A DNA stretch of 61,495 nucleotides, the filler included, from Basidiobolus ranarum (lineage: Eukaryota), in assembly GCA_040143965.1 (NCBI GenBank). It is 5 parts of 5 records of this genome, joined end to end, with 100 filler letters (N's around TTAATTAATTAA, not from the genome) between each part and the next. Parts side by side here need not be neighbours in the genome. Positions count along the whole stretch, not along the records: positions 49,304 to 61,495 come from JASJQH010007436.1; 4 more parts are not named here. The stretch is one strand, 5' to 3'. The notes below the pieces were generated by a model. That model was given only the letters and a program-made list of their open reading frames with translations. It was not told the origin of the DNA and made no database searches. The position numbers and the translations under genes are program-made. Each line of letters begins with the position of its first letter. The stretch's first letter is position 1. This document shows positions 56,313 through 61,495 of this stretch, in pieces.

Positions 56313-57911
56313 TGTTAAAGTATTTTGGGAGTTTTGTTGGAAGTGGTTTGGAGAACTAGGAGAATTGGCGGTTTTCACTTAGATTTAGGCAATGCTAATT
56401 TCAACAGTTACTTTATTGAGTTAAGAATAACCATTTATACAGTATTTAGAAAGATGGGGTTAAAGTGTTGAGAGTTTTGGGCAAGTTTGAAAATTTCTAT
56501 CTTTTCTGAACATATCTAACATTTTCCAAATAGATCCATAATGTATGTTACAATTTTGACTTGGGCAATATGAGCAATATAAATATCAACTGTGCTAGAT
56601 AAGATGTATGATTAGTTAGGTGCTTACTTCTAATATTTCAACTTTAAAAAGCCAGGGGTGCCTTATTTGAGAGTGGCCCAGAGGAGTTGATGTTGAGATA
56701 TTTTGGGAGTTGTTGAATGTGATTTGGAGTACCAGAAGAATTGTTGGTTTTCACTTACTGATTTTTTGAGTGCAAGTTGACACTTATACTTTTGTCAAGA
56801 AGTAGATAATGACAAAATCATATAATCTTTAAACAAGTAAATTCTTTATGAAGATACTGAGTTATGGTGGAAATTAGCATAGCCTAAACACCTATATAGT
56901 CATATGTGGCTTAGTATTTAGTTACTTTATATTGAACTAAGATATCACCCACGATTCTCAAGAGGAACTTAGAGGTTCTCCGATATATAGATTTTTCAAA
57001 CTTGTGCTAGAAGCCTCACACTTTGTACACATCTTTCTGGTACCTTCTTTAACACATTCTACACGCTCTTTTGCTTATATCTTGACAAAACCATAAACGT
57101 TAATTTTCTGCTCCATAAATCAATAAGTGAAAACCACCAATTCTCCTAGTTCTGCAAACCACTTCCAACAACCTCCCAAAATACTTTAACAATAATAACA
57201 TAGTTAAATTTAGGTCGCTAGCCATATGGCTATATAGATGTTTGAGCTATGTCATCTTCAACAGTTGAAGCAGCAGAATTGAAAACCTAAGCTTCATATT
57301 TCACATATCTAACATATATTTACTGAGTTATTTCAAGCTGTTGAGAAAAGACAGAAATTTAAATTTTTCCAAAGCGCTTCAAATATCTTTCCTGATTTCT
57401 GAGAAAATGGCAACATGTCAATATTTTCACTTGGAATATAAATATGAATACTTCAATCTCAAAAATTGATGCGATCTCATATGCTATAATCATCTAAAAT
57501 ACTTCTCTCAAAGGGTAGGAACATCTCTTATAGGACCTCCAATTTTTTGAAAAGAAAACTGCGATTTTTATGTTAGACTGCTGGCTCCCTCAGTCATTGC
57601 TTAATATAACAGTCAAATTGACAGAGACTGATCAGGCCTGAGGATACGAAAAAGTGCAGGAAGATCGGTGCGAGTAAAATAGTCCTTTTGGGATTAATTT
57701 GGATAACTTTGAAATTTCAATCTACTTTGCTAATTATTGGATGATGTGTTGAAAATGGCATAGCTTATGTTAAAGTATTTGGGAGCCTGTTGGAAGTGGT
57801 TTGGAGAACTAGAGAAACTGGTGGCTTCCACTTATTGATTTATTGAGTAGAAAGTTGTCATTTATTCTAGTTCTCCAAATCACCTCCAACAACTCCTGAA
57901 ATACTTCAACA
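56313..57911. repeat. Array of diverged 45-115 bp repeats in both orientations (MITE/foldback-like non-autonomous DNA element relic)
   Basis: Unit TGTTAAAGTATTTTGGGAG...GTTGGAAGTGGTTTGGAGAACTAGGAGAATTGGYGGTTTTCACTTA at about 56313(+), 56691(+), 57115-57191(-), 57768(+) and 57867-57911(-). Confidence 0.75.
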
Positions 57912-59792
57912 TAATGCACATATATCCTAAACACATGTTTTGATTTTGAGTAAGTACTGTTTTACTAGATAATGTTAACTCACTTGGATACAATACATAG
58001 AATATTTAGACACATAAAGCTAAGGACAACAAGAGTAACAGAGATAATATGCCTCAACACAAGGTTGATTATCAACGAGTGACTGATACTTATATACCTG
58101 CAATACTGAAAGAAATCCAGAGATATTTGTAAACTTTTAACAAATCTTTGATGGACTGAGGCTCCTTAATCATTCCCCAAATTAATAGGGACTAAACAAT
58201 GGATTCTAGTGTTGAGTGCAAACATCGATTTTGTACCTTAAGCATTTGACTGAAACAATCCAAGTGCTTAGATTCTCTGACTATACATTCTTGGTGTAGT
58301 ACTGCAGAGTATACCACTGAGGGATGCCCATTTCATGTACTGAATGGCTGCAGATTAACTATTTTCCTGAGATTTCAATTTGAAACGACAACAATCATGC
58401 AAAGCTACCCAGTGGTTGATCTTACAGGGCATCTCCTAAATCGCATGTGACTTGGCTCCTTAGATTTGCGCAGTTTTATTATTGATACTTGACTAATTTC
58501 GTACTCCAGGATTGCATTTACCAATTGCAATTGCAAATCTTGGTTCTAAACTCCACACATTACGTTGCTAATCATATTAGAACTCCTTTTCAGTCCCAAC
58601 ATTGGATCCAGTCTGGTGATTTGAGGTATGGCGAGGTGGAGTCACGATATAATGAATGCGGCCATCGATGATATCTATTATTATAGCCAAGGAATGACTC
58701 TGCCCCTCGAAATTCAACCAATTGTGCAAGTTATACAGGTGTGAACTTGAACCAGCCACAGGCAATCATTAGCATCGATAGATCTGGCTTGTAAACAAGA
58801 TTCTTGATGGTGAAGGTTACTTTCACCATTAGTCAAGTGGATCCAATCTCAATAACTGCTAGCGATGCTTCAGGAATCAAGGCTCGATTTCGGCTACCGA
58901 ATCCTCAACTCAAGATTGACACTGATAATAGGCTATCTCACTCATCATCTTACTGAGCCAGATTGAACTGCAATGCTATACCACCACATAGGCTTCATAA
59001 GAATTTTCAATTGGTCCTAAATAGGCTTAATGGAAAGCCCTCCATCTCTAGCCATCAATGCCTGCCGCCTTCGTCTTCTAGGCTTATATGGACTCATTCT
59101 AATATGAGATTAGTAGGTTGGACACGCGCTGTTAACGCTGATATTACGCCAGCTTCTAAAGAGAAACGCTGCTTCAGTCTCATGTAGGGAGACTGTAATA
59201 ACCGAACTCAGCTATGTTTGGCCAGACCAGGCTGAATGTTTCAGAGGGAGTAATCATACAAACTCCACCTCACGTCCATCACCAGACTGTAATCCAAAGC
59301 AGCTATTCATTTAATAGATGCCTTAATAGCATTACTTGATTCCCACGAAATCAACAATGCGAGATGCTAATTTATGCTGAAGTATGCCTGGTGCGCATCT
59401 GTAAAATATCGCATTTCCCCTGCAACCGTGGATATATCGCGGTCTAGGAATAGTCAAACCTCTTATTACTTCGCCAAGGCCATTTCAGAGATATCGAGTT
59501 CTTGGCGAATCAGACGTAACATTATGTCAGGATTTTACTTTCAGATCAATATTCTATTTAAAGATATCTTATTTGGAAATATGCATCTGGAATTGTAAAA
59601 TTCATCAACTTTACCCAAAGATAGGCAGGAGCATATTTAAATTCGGTATTTGTTTCAAATTGAATTTACTTATTGTCCTAAATTGGAAAGGATTTCTTGG
59701 TTTTCTTGCTTTCAATTTAAACGCTGCTCAATCACAAATTAGACCATTCTTCAACCCTTTTCTAACTTTCTCCTCCTCCTCCTTGACAGCTA

Positions 59793-61495
59793 ATGAATTT
59801 TCACAAACAAATATTCAAGAAGAAACTCCCAGCTCCACCTGAACGTAAGATTAGCGAAGCAAGTGGAGTTGCTTCCTCTAGAGAAGATGAAGATTACTTC
59901 AATTCTCTATTTGTGGAAACTACTACTAATTCCAACAAACCACTGGCAAACGATCAGGTTTATTTTTCAGTAAAGCAAGATTCACCCACTAGTCCCACAA
60001 CTCCTATAAGTCCCATTAGTACAGTTGAAGAATACTCTGCAAATGAAAGCGTTGAGTCACTTCCCATCTGCACCGCATCAACCTCTCAAAATCGACCAGC
60101 AACTCTGCAATTAAGTGACGAGTTGGAAACCTGCTCAGTAAACTCTGATGGTTCACTATCCTCTTACGAGTCACATAAAATTTCTTCGGACTTTGGTGGT
60201 TCTAAATTACCGGAACAACCAGCTAATCATCGTCGTACTAGTCACCATGAATTTAGTTGGTCACCTTTTGGTTCTTTGAAAAATAAGCTTTCGAGAGCTC
60301 TTCATCATGTGACACCAACAACAAGTATCAAGGTCAATATTGAAGAACTTGGCACTACTTCTGGTCAGAGAGTTGGAACATATAGTATGTTGAATTTATT
60401 AAGGCTGTTGATATTGCGTTTCGGATACTAACGAAATTTTCATAGCTACTATGTATAAAGAACTTCAGGAAAAGGAAACAGGACTTTCTTCTTGGTTATG
60501 CCATATCAAAGCACAAAAGAATGGTGCTCCCGAAGGTATGAATTACTTGCTTTCCCACTTCTTTACACCCCCATAATAACGATAGTTTTGAATTTTAGCT
60601 TCTCGCTACTTTAAACCACAAACAGCACCCGCTCCGAAGCCTCCGGTTAGCGATACAGTTACAGTCACCCCCGAACAGACTGAGAAGTTGACGTTTAATA
60701 CTGAGCCGTACTTTAACCATCCTGACACTAGTGTTCCTGAGGACAATCATGATTTTGAAAAATCTATAACCGAGGAATTCGAACATAGACTCAAGGAGTC
60801 TGCGGGTGCATACATTACACCCCCACTTGATGAGGGCGAAATCGAGCCAAACTATTTAAATGAAGCCAAATACTTACAAGCAGATACTCCAATTGAACCT
60901 GTCTCGGATAATTTAGAGAACAGTCATAACTACATAAACTCACGTGAATTGGCTTATAATTCAACACAGCCTACTTCACCATCTACCCCTAACAATTATG
61001 AAGGACGTCCTCCACGTCCACTGCCCATCCCAAAACCCCGTCAACATAATGCCACTTTAAACACACCTGCAACTACTCTTTTAACTCCACCTAGTCAGAG
61101 TGAGTTATCACAAGCTATGAGCGATATGAGATATTCTAATGAATACGACCAAGCAAGTCCCCACAGCGATGCTCACTCATCACCACAACACCCATACTCT
61201 TATCAAAGTCGACCAGCAGCCCCCATGGTTACTCCATACCCACCCCATCTATACTCAGTTTATGGACCCTCTACAGCTAACTCGTCAGCCACAAACTTAT
61301 ACCCTCCAGAAGGTAGTAACGCTTATCCACCCTATCCAGCTAATTATTACCAGTCCAGATATGTCATGCGTAGTCCTATGAACCACGAGAACTGGAATTA
61401 CGCAAACTCAACAGCGGTAAATCATGGTTACCCACCAGCACAGCAATACCCACACCCAATGTACCATCCTCGAGCACAACTGAGTGTACCTTTAG
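59793..61495 (+). CDS. Hypothetical Ser/Pro-rich protein, at least 3 exons, 3' truncated
   Basis: 212-codon first ORF with GTATGT/GTATGA donors and TAG acceptors. Short exon YYVYKELQEKETGLSSWLCHIK, then a long open Pro-rich frame (RPPRPLPIPKP) to the window end. Confidence 0.65.

Noticed and set aside
56313..57911. CRISPR-like array
   Set aside because: Repeats are long, diverged, irregularly spaced and in both orientations; no cas genes; eukaryotic context.

Overview
AT-rich eukaryotic DNA with short spliceosomal introns and fungal-type housekeeping proteins. An early-diverging fungus (Zoopagomycota/Mucoromycota-like, e.g. Basidiobolus) is inferred from a Na+/K+-type ATPase, a U12-type splice site and bacterial-like genes. 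The window is very likely not one locus: four identical 100-bp linkers (N44-TTAATTAATTAA-N44) join five segments of steadily decreasing length (12255, 12249, 12201, 12198, 12192 bp), so gene neighbourhoods across gaps should not be trusted. Recognisable genes: RPL34 (3' end), GET3, TRM10, YDJ1, CPA2, an ARC1-like tRNA-binding domain, ETF beta, ATG3, ERD2, SNT1/NCoR-like, PNP1, PXR1, RPL19, Cdc25/Mih1, a KDM5-family protein, a LysP-like permease and RPS12. There are also several pseudogenes (CHAP amidase, two secreted proteins, Na+/K+-ATPase) and transposon relics. The most interesting signals are a U12-type intron candidate inside a KDM5 gene predicted to be catalytically dead, a decayed bacterial-type CHAP hydrolase, a secreted Gly-rich protein made of Cys-bracketed amphipathic repeats, a structured RPL19 intron that splits the start codon, and CpG-purged, Trp-to-stop decay of repeats. 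I did not find a clear-cut novel multi-gene system.
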